A DNA stretch of 63,916 nt, counting the filler, from Hyphochytrium catenoides (Eukaryota > Protista > Hyphochytriomycota), in assembly GCA_900088475.1 (NCBI GenBank). It is 13 parts of 13 records of this genome, joined end to end, with 100 filler letters (N's around TTAATTAATTAA, not from the genome) between each part and the next. Parts side by side here need not be neighbours in the genome. Positions count along the whole stretch, not along the records: positions 34,304 to 36,443 come from FLMG01004324.1; positions 36,544 to 41,360 come from FLMG01003026.1; positions 41,461 to 42,578 come from FLMG01000312.1; positions 42,679 to 46,065 come from FLMG01001254.1; positions 46,166 to 52,668 come from FLMG01003102.1; 8 more parts are not named here. The stretch is one strand, 5' to 3'. Below the pieces are notes generated by a model, which made no database searches, was not told the DNA's origin, and saw nothing but the letters and a program-made list of their open reading frames with translations. Position numbers and translations under genes: made by a program. How positions within the stretch are numbered: position 1 is the first letter of the stretch; each line of letters opens with the position of its first letter. Positions 36,209 through 51,145 of the stretch are shown one piece after another.

Positions 36209-37288
36209 AACTCAAGAGTGGTTGTGTCTTCCTTTTTCCCGGTTCATCATTCGCCTTTAGCAATGAAGGGACACTCTCTACGCTAAAAACAGTTCTAGGT
36301 TCCTCAGGAGCCACCGAAGATGATTTGCCTCTAGAGGTAGTAGCAGCTCCTTCTGTCGTCCCTTCTCCATGTATAACCATGCCCTGACGGCTGGTGTGAA
36401 TGTTAGGAGTAGTAGTGGTAATATCACCTTCCTTGTTACTTGGNNNNNNNNNNNNNNNNNNNNNNNNNNNNNNNNNNNNNNNNNNNNTTAATTAATTAAN
36501 NNNNNNNNNNNNNNNNNNNNNNNNNNNNNNNNNNNNNNNNNNNTAAGCCATCTCAAGCGCTTTCGGGGCGCCTTGGATGGTGCTGCTGGGCCGAACAATA
36601 GACAGAGAGAACATTATTGTGGGGGATAGTGGCAGGAGGTAGTGGTGAGAGATGAGCAAAGGGAGAGCAGGGCAGAGGAAGGTAGAAGGGAGAGGACAAA
36701 TGAGTGCAGCCAACCAACTTCAACAGCAACCGTCGTACTGTAGAAAGGAAGACGGAAGGGAAAGTTGGATGATGATAAAGAGCAAGACGAAGGCAGAAGA
36801 TTGATTGCTAGGGCTTCTTCCAAGAGCCACGCCTAAGGAGCAAACAGCTGAGGTTATCTTAAGACTGCATCTTCACCCTAAACACTTCGCACTTAGCGAC
36901 TGTTGGTTACTGTTGACGCAGCCCGTTCAGTTGTCGAGGATGATAAGCTTGCACTGACCAGTTATCCCAAGGTCCAGGTGGTTGCGCGTTCTAGTGTCAG
37001 CGCGCTGCTACTTTTTCTGCTTATCATCTGTGCGCACCATCATCTTCTTACGCAAGCTGCTGTCCCTGCCTAGCGGCTGTTGATCTTACTTTTCCATACA
37101 GCTATTCTTGTTCTATACATTAGACTATCCAGTGACCCTTTTGCAGTCAACATGATTTGTGCTGCTCATTTTGCCACTATCCTGCCATAAACTATGGGCC
37201 TACGTTACCAAGAGGATGCTCTATGGACGAGGACATGCCGCCAATACTGACGACTGGTAAAGCACTACGACGGCGCTCTAGATGAAGG

Positions 37289-39460
37289 ATGAAAGGCATC
37301 GTTGTTAGAGCTGAGTTACTTCGGGAAAGGGTTAGTTCTCGGCGGAGTCATTGGTGGACCGACTTCTCCAGGGCGATGAGAGCTACTATAGGAGGAGGGG
37401 ATGGAAGAGGAGGAAGAAGAGCCTCTATGAGCTATTCTTCTCCTTCAGCATTTCTTGCAGATGCTTGTGTCTTTCTCCGAGACATTTGCTGCCTTTCCTT
37501 TCTCGGTTACCTCTTCTGCTTCTTTCTCTTAGCTGGGTTCTACCAGCTGATTGCGACCATGCAGGAGCCGTTCGCCGAGGGATACTGCCGCCTCAACTGC
37601 TTTTTATCGTCGGCTCCTTCGACTCCTCCCACTACTACCTACTCGATAAGACTCTGCTATCTTCTCTATTGCAATCTAGGGAACTTCCTCTATGTCCAAA
37701 CCCTTCATTCCAGCTTTACATACGCCGCCATTTGGTATGTCTACAAGGTTATGTTCAGAGTTCGCTACCAAGAGAGAAAGAGGGCTGTTCTCTTCTTCTC
37801 TTTCCTTTTCGGGGTGCTCTCTGTCGTTGGCTACTGCCTGGAGGCGTTCGTTCTAGAGCAGTCCTTTCTGGTCGGGCCTGTCTGTCACGTCCTGTGCACT
37901 TTGGCGGTCTTTCACGACAGAGGAGAGAACAGCCAAGGAAAGGCTGGGGAAGGGAAGGGAGATCATCAAAGAAAAGGGGAAGGAGGAAGAGTGCCCTCGT
38001 CTTCCTCCTATTATTACGGACTAGTGCTCGTTATCAACCTTCTGCCTTCTGTCACTGGAGTGGTTGGCCTGCAGATCGTTTTCCCTTTGATTGCCAAGAT
38101 GGATGCACCGAAGCCGAAGCTGCTCCTCAGCTACGGTCTTCCTCTCTCTTTCTTCTTCGTCTCTTTCATCAACAAACGGCTTGTAAAGATTCTGAGACGA
38201 TACTATGGGGAGGGAAGGATAGACGTGAACATTCCTCTCTTCCGCTCTCTGCTTGTCCTCCAGATGGTTCAGCTGACGATGAACGCGAGCTATGGCAGAG
38301 ATGTGATCTCTACAATAGGCCTCTCTACTTGTGGAAGTTGTCTAGGCTACGTCATAGCGCTGCTCTGGAACCTCTTGGTAGTAAGAGGAGGACTAAGAGT
38401 GATTCTCAAGAGAGAATGGAAGAAGGCGAAAAGAAGGAGCTCGGCGGCCGTAGGTACGGGTACAGTCTCATTCAATGTTGATAAGACTATAGCAGCGGAT
38501 GACAAGCAGGGAGCAAAGGAGGGCGAACGGGAGCTGACGGAGGACCGAAAGGTAAAAGAAGCAGCAGAAGGAGAGGAGGATGTTAACGGCAGCAACCGTG
38601 ATACTCTCTTCTCTACCTCGCCTCTATTTGTGTCACGATCAAGGCAACCCCCGGGGCTTCGGAGTACGCCATCGCCGGTGAAGCTGAAGTCCACCTCCAT
38701 TGTCCCGGAAGAGGGCAAGGGAACCAGTAGCTCATCTTGTTCCCTCTCTCATCCTCTGAATGTCCCTTCACCTCATTTAGTCACATCCTCGTTCTTAACG
38801 CCTCTAGCAGTGGGCAAGGAGCAAAAGCTCAAAGAAGCTCAAGATGAGAAGAGACGAACGGATGTACAACAAAAGAAAGAGGTGGACGAGTTCAGAGGAG
38901 AAGAGCCACAAAGCATCGAGAGGAAAGAGTTATCAGAGAGGACAAAGCAGTCGATGATCCTCTGGCGCCACATGGCTGTCACTACGGCCGTGGCGGGCAT
39001 ATCAGCAGTCAGCTCCTTGGTTTCCGTCCTTCTCTTTCGAGAGCTAACATATAGAACCATCCTAGAGGAAACCTGCTTCTTTCACTCTTCCTCCTCTCCT
39101 CAAGATCCAGCTTCTGCTGCGTCGACCGCGAGACCAGAGGGTGAGGATGGACCACCGCCTTTCAATTCGTCTTTGAGTGCCTCAACCGCTCTCCTGCATT
39201 TGTCCTCAGGCTCTGGCCCAGATTGGTCTCGGCTGTCTTTCAAGGTGGAGCATTTCTACTATGTGGCGACCGTCGTGAGCCTCATGTCTCTGTTTATACT
39301 GGTGTTGGAGGCCCTGCAGATGCGGGTGTTATTGACATGGCGAAACGAGCGACGAACGTTTCTTCGTTGCGCTTTCATGATCCAGCTGCTCTACGGGCCA
39401 TACCTGCAGAGCTGGCTAGTGCTGGCCTCTCTCACAGTGACACACGGCCTCAGCTGTTAG
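37289..39460 (+). CDS. Intronless 723-aa multi-pass membrane protein of unknown family
   Basis: A long non-repetitive ORF with about 8-9 hydrophobic segments, then a Ser/Glu/Lys-rich loop of about 180 aa, then about 3 more hydrophobic segments. Confidence 0.75.
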   Translation: MKGIVVRAELLRERVSSRRSHWWTDFSRAMRATIGGGDGRGGRRASMSYSSPSAFLADACVFLRDICCLSFLGYLFCFFLLAGFYQLIATMQEPFAEGYCRLNCFLSSAPSTPPTTTYSIRLCYLLYCNLGNFLYVQTLHSSFTYAAIWYVYKVMFRVRYQERKRAVLFFSFLFGVLSVVGYCLEAFVLEQSFLVGPVCHVLCTLAVFHDRGENSQGKAGEGKGDHQRKGEGGRVPSSSSYYYGLVLVINLLPSVTGVVGLQIVFPLIAKMDAPKPKLLLSYGLPLSFFFVSFINKRLVKILRRYYGEGRIDVNIPLFRSLLVLQMVQLTMNASYGRDVISTIGLSTCGSCLGYVIALLWNLLVVRGGLRVILKREWKKAKRRSSAAVGTGTVSFNVDKTIAADDKQGAKEGERELTEDRKVKEAAEGEEDVNGSNRDTLFSTSPLFVSRSRQPPGLRSTPSPVKLKSTSIVPEEGKGTSSSSCSLSHPLNVPSPHLVTSSFLTPLAVGKEQKLKEAQDEKRRTDVQQKKEVDEFRGEEPQSIERKELSERTKQSMILWRHMAVTTAVAGISAVSSLVSVLLFRELTYRTILEETCFFHSSSSPQDPASAASTARPEGEDGPPPFNSSLSASTALLHLSSGSGPDWSRLSFKVEHFYYVATVVSLMSLFILVLEALQMRVLLTWRNERRTFLRCAFMIQLLYGPYLQSWLVLASLTVTHGLSC

Positions 39461-40586
39461 GGCTACCGAAACAACAGAGCCGTGGTGATCTTCAACCTCA
39501 GCTAAATAGAAGAGTGAAGGACATCGAGCAGGGATCTAAAGGACGCCATGAATGTGGCAGACGATTCTGGGAGATTCGAGCACTTTCCCATGCCTGTCTT
39601 GGAACCTATCATAGTGCCAGACAAGCAGTCTCTAGCCGGAGAGGGCACAGGCAGATGACTGCCCTTGCTCACCCTTCAAAAAATCCCCGGCATCTATGTT
39701 AGCGGCATTGTCCCGTACACTAGTAGAAAATGTCGTGCGGTGCCCATTGCCATAAGTGTGACTATGCAGCTCTCGTAGAGCGCCCGATTGGTGAACCGCT
39801 CATGCTGCCCGGCATTTTATCAATGTCTCTCCTCCACGGCTGTCTCTATCCCCTACCTTGTCGTCTCCCTCAACGAGCAATCAAATATTTGATTATGAGT
39901 CTAGCTCAGGACAAATTGAAGCATTAGCTCAGACTGTCATCCCTTTTAGCAGTAACCTCCAGAAGAGTTCCTACCCTCGGTAAAGTTTTCTGCAGCCATG
40001 CTCAAGCAGCGCAGTAGCGATGTTTCTTCGCCCTGACCCGGGCATACTCGAAGTCATTGTAGCCGCCGCGGCAATGTGCAAAGCTAATGATGCCCTCCCG
40101 CCGAGTACCACGGGCTAGACAGCGTTGGCAATGACTCCTACTATGTGCAAAGTTCTAAGAGTCTATGTATCAACGCTTTAGATGGCTCGCAGAGCTGTCA
40201 ATGGTGATGAGAGCGACGCCTTCAGAAGAGGCGATGGCATCGTCTTTTCAAGCTCTTCTTCCGCTTCTGAAGATCTTCCACATCTGGAGTTTCGCAGAAA
40301 ATGGGCGTTTGCGGTAATATAACCTTTCATCCAGTGACCGCTAACGTGATAAATCGCTTGGTGGAGGAAAGGCCGCCAGTGACCGATAACGGCCAATCGG
40401 TCGCCTCTGTCTTGTGGTGTAATATAATGGTCAACTCTGTCTGTCTCTTTTTGTTGGGGATCTGTATCTCTAGGGATGGCTCTCCCCGTTATTGCTTAGC
40501 TATGTTCCTACTCGGTATCGATCCCAAGTCTCTTTGCTTAGCTTCAATGGTTCCCATGCCTTGCTTCTCAGTGCCACTGTCTCTTG

Positions 40587-40623
<37 letters not shown>

Positions 40624-40657
40624 CTTTCTCTCTCTCTGTCTCTCTCTCTCTTTCTTG

Positions 40658-40698
<41 letters not shown>

Positions 40699-41053
40699 GT
40701 TCTCTCTCTCGTTCTCTCTCTCTGTCATTCTGCTCTCTAATCTCTCTTCTCTCTCTCTCTGTCATTCTTTCTTTCTCTCTCGCTCTCTCTCTCTTTCTGT
40801 GTCTCTGTCTCTGTCTCGCGCGCGCATGCTTTCTCACACCTATCAACTCACATCCTTGAGGCCCTTTCTCTTCATTCCAGCATCAGCTCTAGCCTGTCTT
40901 GCTCTGCTGATCTCCGTCTGCTGGTGGCCAGATCTCGGAATTATACTCCGTCTCCCTGACTCTAGAGACGAGACTCAGACATAAGGCTCGTAAGGGAGTG
41001 ACCGTGACATTAGTAGACGGAGAGTGCCAGAGATTGCTCTGTGACAAGGCAGG

Positions 41054-41164
41054 ATGACTCAGTACGAAGAGATTCCGATCGAGGAGATGGACGGCTACAG
41101 CGCTGAGACTCTGTTCTCGACTCCTGGCTGCAATGGCTACACCTTCGATGACATCATCTGCCTG
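41054..41164 (+). CDS. IMPDH: Inosine-5'-monophosphate dehydrogenase, first exon (rest lost at contig end)
   Basis: MTQYEEIPIEEMDGYSAETLFSTPGCNGYTFDDIICL|GTAAG matches the eukaryotic IMPDH N-terminus DGxSAxxLF...GxTY/FDDxIxLPG. Confidence 0.8.
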
Positions 41165-41460
41165 GTAAGCTTGCACCGTGACTGTGCGACCGTCACCATG
41201 TGACGCTCTCTCCGCTTTCCTTCCGCCCAGTGTCACAGTTTCCCCCCGCTATTCCTGCTCGTTCTCCCCTCATTATCTCGCTCTCTGATTGTCCGCTACT
41301 TCGCCTCCCACGCCAACCCTCTCTTATCCTGCCCTGGCCCCCTTACTTCTTTCTCTCTCCNNNNNNNNNNNNNNNNNNNNNNNNNNNNNNNNNNNNNNNN
41401 NNNNTTAATTAATTAANNNNNNNNNNNNNNNNNNNNNNNNNNNNNNNNNNNNNNNNNNNN

Positions 41461-41747
41461 TAGCAGTCCTTCCGCGGAGAAGCGTGTTCGCAGCTTCCTG
41501 ACAAACGTCTCGAAGCTGGAAGAATATTTTATCAGTGGTGGCAAGCAAAATAGAGATGGAGGACGTAGAGAGAGAACACAAGGAAAAGAGAGAGAGAGAG
41601 TGTGTGTGCGAGAGGGAGACAGAGGATGAAGCAAGAAGAGAAAGACACAGGGAGAGAGAGAGAAAGAGGGAAGAGGCATGAAAGCAAGAAGAAAGAGCGA
41701 GTCTAAGCTAGAGTAGAAAAGAACATAACAACGGGGGGACACATCGC

Positions 41748-41798
<51 letters not shown>

Positions 41799-41892
41799 AA
41801 CAGAAGTAAAAGGAGATAGTAGCAATGGACGTGAGAAGGAGACCGTGAGGGGGGCTAACGAAATAAACAGACAGAAGAACAGAAAGGAAGAA

Positions 41893-41929
<37 letters not shown>

Positions 41930-42167
41930 AAGAGGTTCTTTCTCTGTTCGATGGTCCTACTTGCGAGTGTTCTGCACCATCCTCTCTCCATCTTCCTCTC
42001 CCTCTTTCTCTCTTTCCTTGAGCTTGACGAACATGATTTCGTGCCTGTGAAAGCTGCCGAGGCCCTGCAGCTCCAGCTCAGAAGGAATGAGAGAGGAAAA
42101 GCTTTCATCTTCCAGGAGAGAACGAAGAACGGCCTTTGCTTTGGTCTCTGTCTCCTGCTCTGAAGAT
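41461..42167 (-). CDS. Probable 2H-phosphoesterase (AKAP7/ASCC1/LENG9-like) internal fragment; exons 42167-41961 and 41515-41461
   Basis: KAKAVLRSLL...ELELQGLGSFHRHEIMFVKL...FETFVRKLRTRFSAEGLL fits the region between the two HxT motifs (LxFxGLGxF..VLFxx; LxxxFxxxGL). The catalytic motifs themselves are not in the contig. Confidence 0.45.
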
Positions 42168-42194
42168 CTTACATTAGTGCAAGACTCCGCAAAA

Positions 42195-42290
42195 CCCTTC
42201 TTCTCTCTCCTCTTTCGTTCTCTCTTCTTTCTCTCTCCTCTTTCGTTCTCTCTTCTTTCTCTCTCCTCTTTCGTTCTCTCTCTCTTCTTT
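42195..42290. repeat. About 3 copies of a ~28-bp minisatellite (CTCTCTCCTCTTTCGTTCTCTCTTCTTT)
   Basis: The CCTCTTTCGTTCTCTCT core is repeated three times. Confidence 0.8.
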
Positions 42291-42678
42291 CTATCTTTCG
42301 TTCAGTCTCTCTCTTTCTCTCTCTTCATCCTTTCCATATTCTCTCTCTTTCTTTCCGGGGTCCTTTCATCTTTAATATCCATGACTTATGGCTCTCCTCT
42401 ATGACTCTCTTTTCCTCGCTCTTTATCTCTTTATGCTCACTCCTCTTGTCCCCACGCTCTTTCTCTCTGTCTCCTTCTCTTTTTCTTTCTCTCTCTCCTC
42501 TCCCTTCTCTCGTCTGTCTCTCTCTTCTCGTCTCTCTCCTCTTCTCGTCTCTCTCTCTCCTTCTCTCTCTCTCTCTCTNNNNNNNNNNNNNNNNNNNNNN
42601 NNNNNNNNNNNNNNNNNNNNNNTTAATTAATTAANNNNNNNNNNNNNNNNNNNNNNNNNNNNNNNNNNNNNNNNNNNN

Positions 42679-42959
42679 AGAAAGAGGGAGAGAGAGATTC
42701 TCGAGCTTCTTCTCTATCTTCTTCCTCTTGACTCTCATCTCATCCTCTCCCATGACAATCCCCTTTAGCTCTACACAGAGAGAAGAGGCGAGAGAGAGAG
42801 AAGGAGAGAGAGAGAGAGAAGTCTCTCTCTCTATCCCCTGCAGGGGAGGAACGGTGACCATCTCCCATGTCTCCTGGAACATTCCTCCCTCGTCACTCTG
42901 GAAGGTGAAATGAAAGATTTTCTTCTCTTCAGGAAGAATACAGCCTGGGAGAGAGAACG

Positions 42960-43023
<64 letters not shown>

Positions 43024-43611
43024 AAGAGGGGTGATAGGGGACCGGGAGAAAAGCAAGAGAGAGGGAGAAGAGAGAGTTGTGAAGATCCAAGAAGAGAGAT
43101 AGGCATCAAGCGAACAAAAGGAGAAAGAGAAAGGAAAGAGAAGCAGCAACGAAAAGAGAGGGAGAGGAGAGAGAGAAATAAAGAGAGAGAGAAAGAGAGA
43201 GAGAGAGANNNNNNNNNNNNNNNNNNNNNNNNNNNNNNNNNNNNNNNNNNNNNNNNNNNNNNNNNNNNNNNNNNNNTTACCTTCAAGACTATGGCAAAAG
43301 AACTTCTCCTCTCTCTTTCTCTCTCTCCCGCCAAGTCGTCTCTCTCTCTCTTTTTTCCGCCAGCGGTACCGGAGAGCGCAAGTCCCTGTGTTTCTTACGA
43401 CAAGAAAGCTTCCGCCGCTCTCTCTTCCCTTTGTACAGAGGAGAAGGCGGAAGGGAGAGAGAGGGAGAGAAGATGGAGAGAGAGAAGTGTCTTCTCCTTC
43501 TGGAGGGTAGACCATCAGCCGGCACCCGCGAGAAGCGGAAGAGAGAGAGGAATCCTCAACTTCGTTTCTCTCCTCTTCGTCTGGAAGTGCTTCTTTTCGC
43601 AGAATCCAGCA

Positions 43612-43658
<47 letters not shown>

Positions 43659-44203
43659 CCAGGAGTCATCACTAAGGCGAGGTAAACGAGGGAGAGAGAG
43701 AGAGAGAGAGAAAAAGAGCCAGAGAGAGAGAGAGAAAGAATACGAGTGAAAGCCATAGTTCCATAGCTGAGAGAAAGTTACACATGGGAAAGGAGAGGGA
43801 GAGCAATGGAGTTGATAAGGGAGAGAGTGACGGTCGAAGAGAGACACAGAGAGAGACACAGGAACAGAGAGAGAGAGAGAGAGAGACACGTGGCGCCTAC
43901 CCTCTTCCTCTTCCTCCACTTTGCCTCTCTCTTTGGCTCTCTCAGCAAAGAATGCGCTAGAGCTCTTCCGCGCCCATTCAAATAAATCCGTTCCAGATAT
44001 TAGAAGAGTGGGCCTGGAGGGAGAGGGAGAGAGAGAGAGAGAGAGAGAGAGAAGAGAAGAGAGAGAGAGTCGGAGAGAGAGAGAGAGACCAGACAAATGG
44101 AGAGAGAAAAAGCTGTTAACAAGAAGGAAAATAAAGACAGAAGAGCAGAGAGAGAAACACGCAGGTTGGACAAAAGAGGGAGAAGTCTATTTGGAAGAAG
44201 AAG

Positions 44204-44243
<40 letters not shown>

Positions 44244-44623
44244 AACATGGACTCTTCCTTGAGTTCATGGGCTCTGAGTTGCTGGATTCCTTTCTTGAAT
44301 TGTTTTCTTCTCTGAACTAAAATGGGAGAATTTCGCCAGTTGCTGCATTGTCGGGGCTTCTCTCTCTCTCCCAAGTCTTTCTCCTTCTTCCCTTCCAAAG
44401 AAGGGAGAGGGCGTGGGCGACGAGGTCTGCATAAGTGAAAGAAGGGAGAGAGAAAGAGAGAGAGAGAGAGAGAGACGGGAGAATGAGAGAGGAATAGCAA
44501 AAGTGAGAGAGAGATGAGAAGAGAGAGAGACAAAGAGAGAGGCAAAGAGAGAGAGAGGAGAAGGCAAGAGTGTTACGTGAAAGTATAACGAGATTGCGAA
44601 TTCATGACAAGAAAAAATGACCC

Positions 44624-44665
<42 letters not shown>

Positions 44666-45615
44666 ATGAGAGAAAGAGAGAGAAACAAAGCGTAAACTAA
44701 GAGATAGATAACAAGGAACTACAATGAAAGAGACGACTAGAACAAAAAGAGAAACACCATCCAAAGAGAGAGAGAAGAGAACAAAGAGAGACAGAGAGAG
44801 ACGATAGGAAGAAGAGAAAAGAGTAGAGTAGAGAGAGAGAAATTATGAGGTTTCGAGAAGAAAGACAAAGTTGGCAAAATGAAGTAGAATGAAGGAGGAG
44901 AGAGAGAAACACCAAGAGAGAACGTTTGGTGCGAGAAAAGTGATGAGAAGAAGAGGACGCAGAGACAAAAGGAGAATAGAGGATGTAAAAGAGAGAGACA
45001 GAGAGAGACATAGGCAAAAGCGAAAGAGACACAGAAAGAGTGAGAGAGAGAGAGAAAGAGAGAGAGAAAGGGAAAGAGAGAGAGAGATCTGGGACTTCCT
45101 TACCGCCTAACAATATCAAGGGGAATCCTTGACTCTTCCTTTACCGGGCAGTAGAGACCGCTGAGGATCCCGCCCACCTAGAAAGCCAATAAATCATCAA
45201 TAAACCAACATAAAAGAACAATAAAAGTGCCATTATTGGCTTAGATTACGGGCTCAAGAGNNNNNNNNNNNNNNNNNNNNNNNNNNNNNNNNNNNNNNNN
45301 NNNNNNNNNNNNNNNNNNNNNNNNNNNNNNNNNNNNNNNNNNNNNNNNNNNNNNNNNNNNNNNNNNNNNNNNNNNNNNNNNNNNNNNNNACGGGGAGAGA
45401 CATAGAGGAAGAAAGAGAGAAAGAGAGGGAGAGAGACAGAGAGAGGAAGAGAGAGGGGGGGATAGACACAGAGAGAGACAGAGCGAGAGAGAGAGAGAGA
45501 GGGAGGGAAAACGAGAGAGAGAGAGGAAGAGAAAGAGCAGCTCCTCTCTTCAGAAGCACGCATCACCTGAACATAGCGGACGCCTTCTCCTCTCAGACTC
45601 ATCAGCCAATGCTCA
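42679..45615 (-). CDS. MYCBPAP: MYCBP-associated protein (ciliary central-pair component), internal exons only
   Basis: NWRNSPILVQRRKQFKKGIQQL, LLISGTDLFEWA, FLVVRNTGTCALRYRWRK...KFFCHSLEG|CILPEEKKIFHFTFQSDEGGMFQETWEMVTVPPL match the MYCBPAP pattern NxGTxxxxYxW...GxILPGE..F.F.FxS...GxFxExW...TxP. Confidence 0.8.
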
Positions 45616-45883
45616 CTTGGAAAAAGAAGGGAGGAGAGAGAGAGAGAGAGACAAACTGGTCAGCTAGACAAAAAGAGCGATTTGTCGCACCAAGAGAGAG
45701 AGAGATAGCGGAGAGCCAAAGAGAAACAAGGAAAGAGAGAGAGAGAGAGAGAGAATATATATATTTTATTGAGCCTCTAAATTCAAAAAGGATGAACAGA
45801 AGCCCATAGAGAAAGAGAGAGAGAGAGAAAGCGAACGAGCCTCAGTATAGTAACCGTTAGAAAGAAAGAGAGTAAGAACAAGA

Positions 45884-45919
<36 letters not shown>

Positions 45920-46017
45920 ATAGATACTTCATTGAGCCTCTAAAGATAGAAAGGATGAACACAAGCTCATAGAGAAAGAGAGAGAGAAACTGAAGGAGCC
46001 TCAAGATAGTAAACATA

Positions 46018-46054
<37 letters not shown>

Positions 46055-46165
46055 GACAGAAGAGANNNNNNNNNNNNNNNNNNNNNNNNNNNNNNNNNNN
46101 NNNNNNNNNTTAATTAATTAANNNNNNNNNNNNNNNNNNNNNNNNNNNNNNNNNNNNNNNNNNNN

Positions 46166-48647
<2,482 letters not shown>

Positions 48648-50197
48648 CTAGCGAGGGAAGAAAACAATTGGGAGAGAGAGAGAGATGAGAGTCTTGACTT
48701 AGGTTACTGCTATGTTTTCCTTTCTCTCTCCCTCTTTTCCTCTCTTTTCTCTCTCTCTCTCTCTCTCTCCCTTAAAAAGGTTCTCTCTTCTATCCTTCTT
48801 GTATGGCTACCTTTGCGTCCTTGAGAGTCGTTGCTCTTTCCTTCGGTCAGCGGGAGATTTCTCTGTCTCCTGACGATGAGTTGCGAGACGAGAAGAAAGG
48901 AAGAGATCGCTGCAAGCGGGACAAGAGGGGCGGAGAGGACAGGCATCTTGACGGGTTGCGGAGTGTGGGAGAGTTTGCAACCTCTCTCTCTCTCTCTCTT
49001 TCACTCTCTCTCTCTTCTGTCTCTCTCCGGTTTTTTCTTCTTGTCTCTCCTACCGCTGTTAAGCTCGTGATGAGGGGATGAGAGAGGAGGGAAATGGCCG
49101 CTGCAGTGTGAAGCAGAGAATGCAATAACTAAAGGTCTATGAAGAGGAGGAGAATGGAGCAGGAAAGAGAGAGCAGGCGAGCGAGAGAGACAGTGGGAGA
49201 GAGGCTTCAGGATGGAGATAGGCCCTGAGAGAGAGTGATGGAGAGAGTGAGAAAGAGAGAGAGGAGAGAGAGAAAGAAAGAGAGACGGAGAGACGGAGAG
49301 ACAGAGCGAGAGAGAGAAAGAGAGAGAGAGAGTGAGAGAGAGAGAGGAGCCAGATCCAGAGATGGTGAATCTCCATAAAGATTCAGGATCCCCAAAAAGG
49401 CCGGCAACAGGCCGTTAGCCGCCCTGTCCCCCATCATCTGCGATCCTAGATAATTGTTGCTTAAATCATGAATCCCGCTGTGAGCGTGAGAACCCTTGTT
49501 GAAGTTCTCGCGCTTGTCTCTTCTCTCCGTTCTCTCTCTCTCTCTCTCTTTCTCTCTCTTCTTCCTTCTCTTCCCTGTTGCAGCTGCGTCATGCCAGTTC
49601 TCTGTCTCACCGCCATTCGCTCCTTTTGCTCTGTCTAACGGACTCTTTCCTCCCGCTTGTTCTGTTCCCCTTCTTCCCACTCTCCGCTGTTGGATTCTCT
49701 CTCGCTCTCTCTCACTCTTCTCTCTCTCTCTCTCCCTCCCTCTCTCTCTCTCTCACTCCCCCTTCCTTTGGCACGCATCAAGGCACAGTAGGTCGGGTGA
49801 TAGATGGAGACAAGAGGCGGTCCCCCGCCGCCGCGGCCGTCCGCCCCGCACGGCTTTGTTCCTATGTTCTCTGGTTCTTTCCTCTAAACACAACTCCTCT
49901 CTCTCTCTCCTCCTCTCTCTCTCCTCTTTCTCTCTCTTCTCCTGCTTTCCTATCTTCCCGCTTTCAACGATTCCTGCAGTCTCTCTCTCGCCATTGTCCA
50001 AGATCCTCGCTGCCTCAATGTTACAGCTGAAGTGCTGCTGCTGCCATCGTGATTCTCGTTCCAGTTGGCTCTTAAGAAAGCTGTGTCTCTCTCTCTTCTT
50101 CTCTTTCTCCCTTCTCTGCGCTGCCGCCTTGGCGTCTTTCCCTTCTTCTCTCTCTTCCGTCCAGTTTGTCTCTCCCGCCGTGGAGAACGCCAGGAAA

Positions 50198-51101
50198 ATG
50201 GCCTGGAGATGCTCGGGGCGCTCCAATTTGGAGCTGATCAACAATCTGGCCCGTAAGCTAGTTCTCTCTCTCTCTCTCTCTCTCTCTCTTGTCTCCTCCT
50301 TCTGCAGTGCTTCTTTTCCGTTCTTTACCTCTCTCTCCTTTTGCTCTCTTCTCTGGCGTCTTTCTCTTCCTCCTCTCTTCCAACTCTCCCTTTTACTCTC
50401 CCTCTTCCTCCTTCCGTCCACCCATCTCTCTCGGTCTCTCTCTCTCCGTGGGTGACTCTCTCTCTCTCTCTGCTTCTCTCTCTCTCTTTCTCTCTCTCTC
50501 TCCTTCCTCTCGCAGACGGTGGCATGATCCGCTCGGGTCGTGTTCGGGCTGCGATGTTGGCTGTGGATCGCGGTTATTATTCTCAGAACAATCCTTATGA
50601 AGATGCGCCTCAGAGGATCAGCTCCGAAGCTACCATCTCCGCTCCCCACATGGTAAGGAGGAGACAGAGACGGGAAGAGAGAGAGAGAGAGAGTGCAAGA
50701 GAAAGTCAACAAAATAAGGAAAGAAGAAGAAGAGAGGAGGGAAGAGAACGACGGCAGAGAAAAATGAACCACTGTTTGAAGTTATTCCACCACTCATCTG
50801 CATTCTCTCTCTCGTCCTCTCTCTCACACACACTCAACTCCTCTCTACCCCCACCCTCCTCTGCCTGTCTGTGCTGTCTCTCTCTCTCGCTCTCTCTCTC
50901 TCTGTCTCTCTCTCCCTCCTCTCTCTCTCTCTCGTGCCTCACCTTCCGTATCTCGCGCACTCTTTGAAGCACGCTGTGGCGCTGGAGGTGCTCGAGCCGG
51001 TTCTACAGCCAGGAGCCAAAGTGTTGGACGTCGGGTATGACCCACGGGTCTCTCTCTCTCTCTTGCGACTTCTCTTTCTCTTTTATATACTGATTGCTGC
51101 T

Positions 51102-51145
<44 letters not shown>

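Noticed and set aside
37351-38481. 376-aa overlapping ORF inside the 723-aa gene
   Set aside because: It is a shadow frame with no recognisable composition or motif; the main frame explains the sequence.
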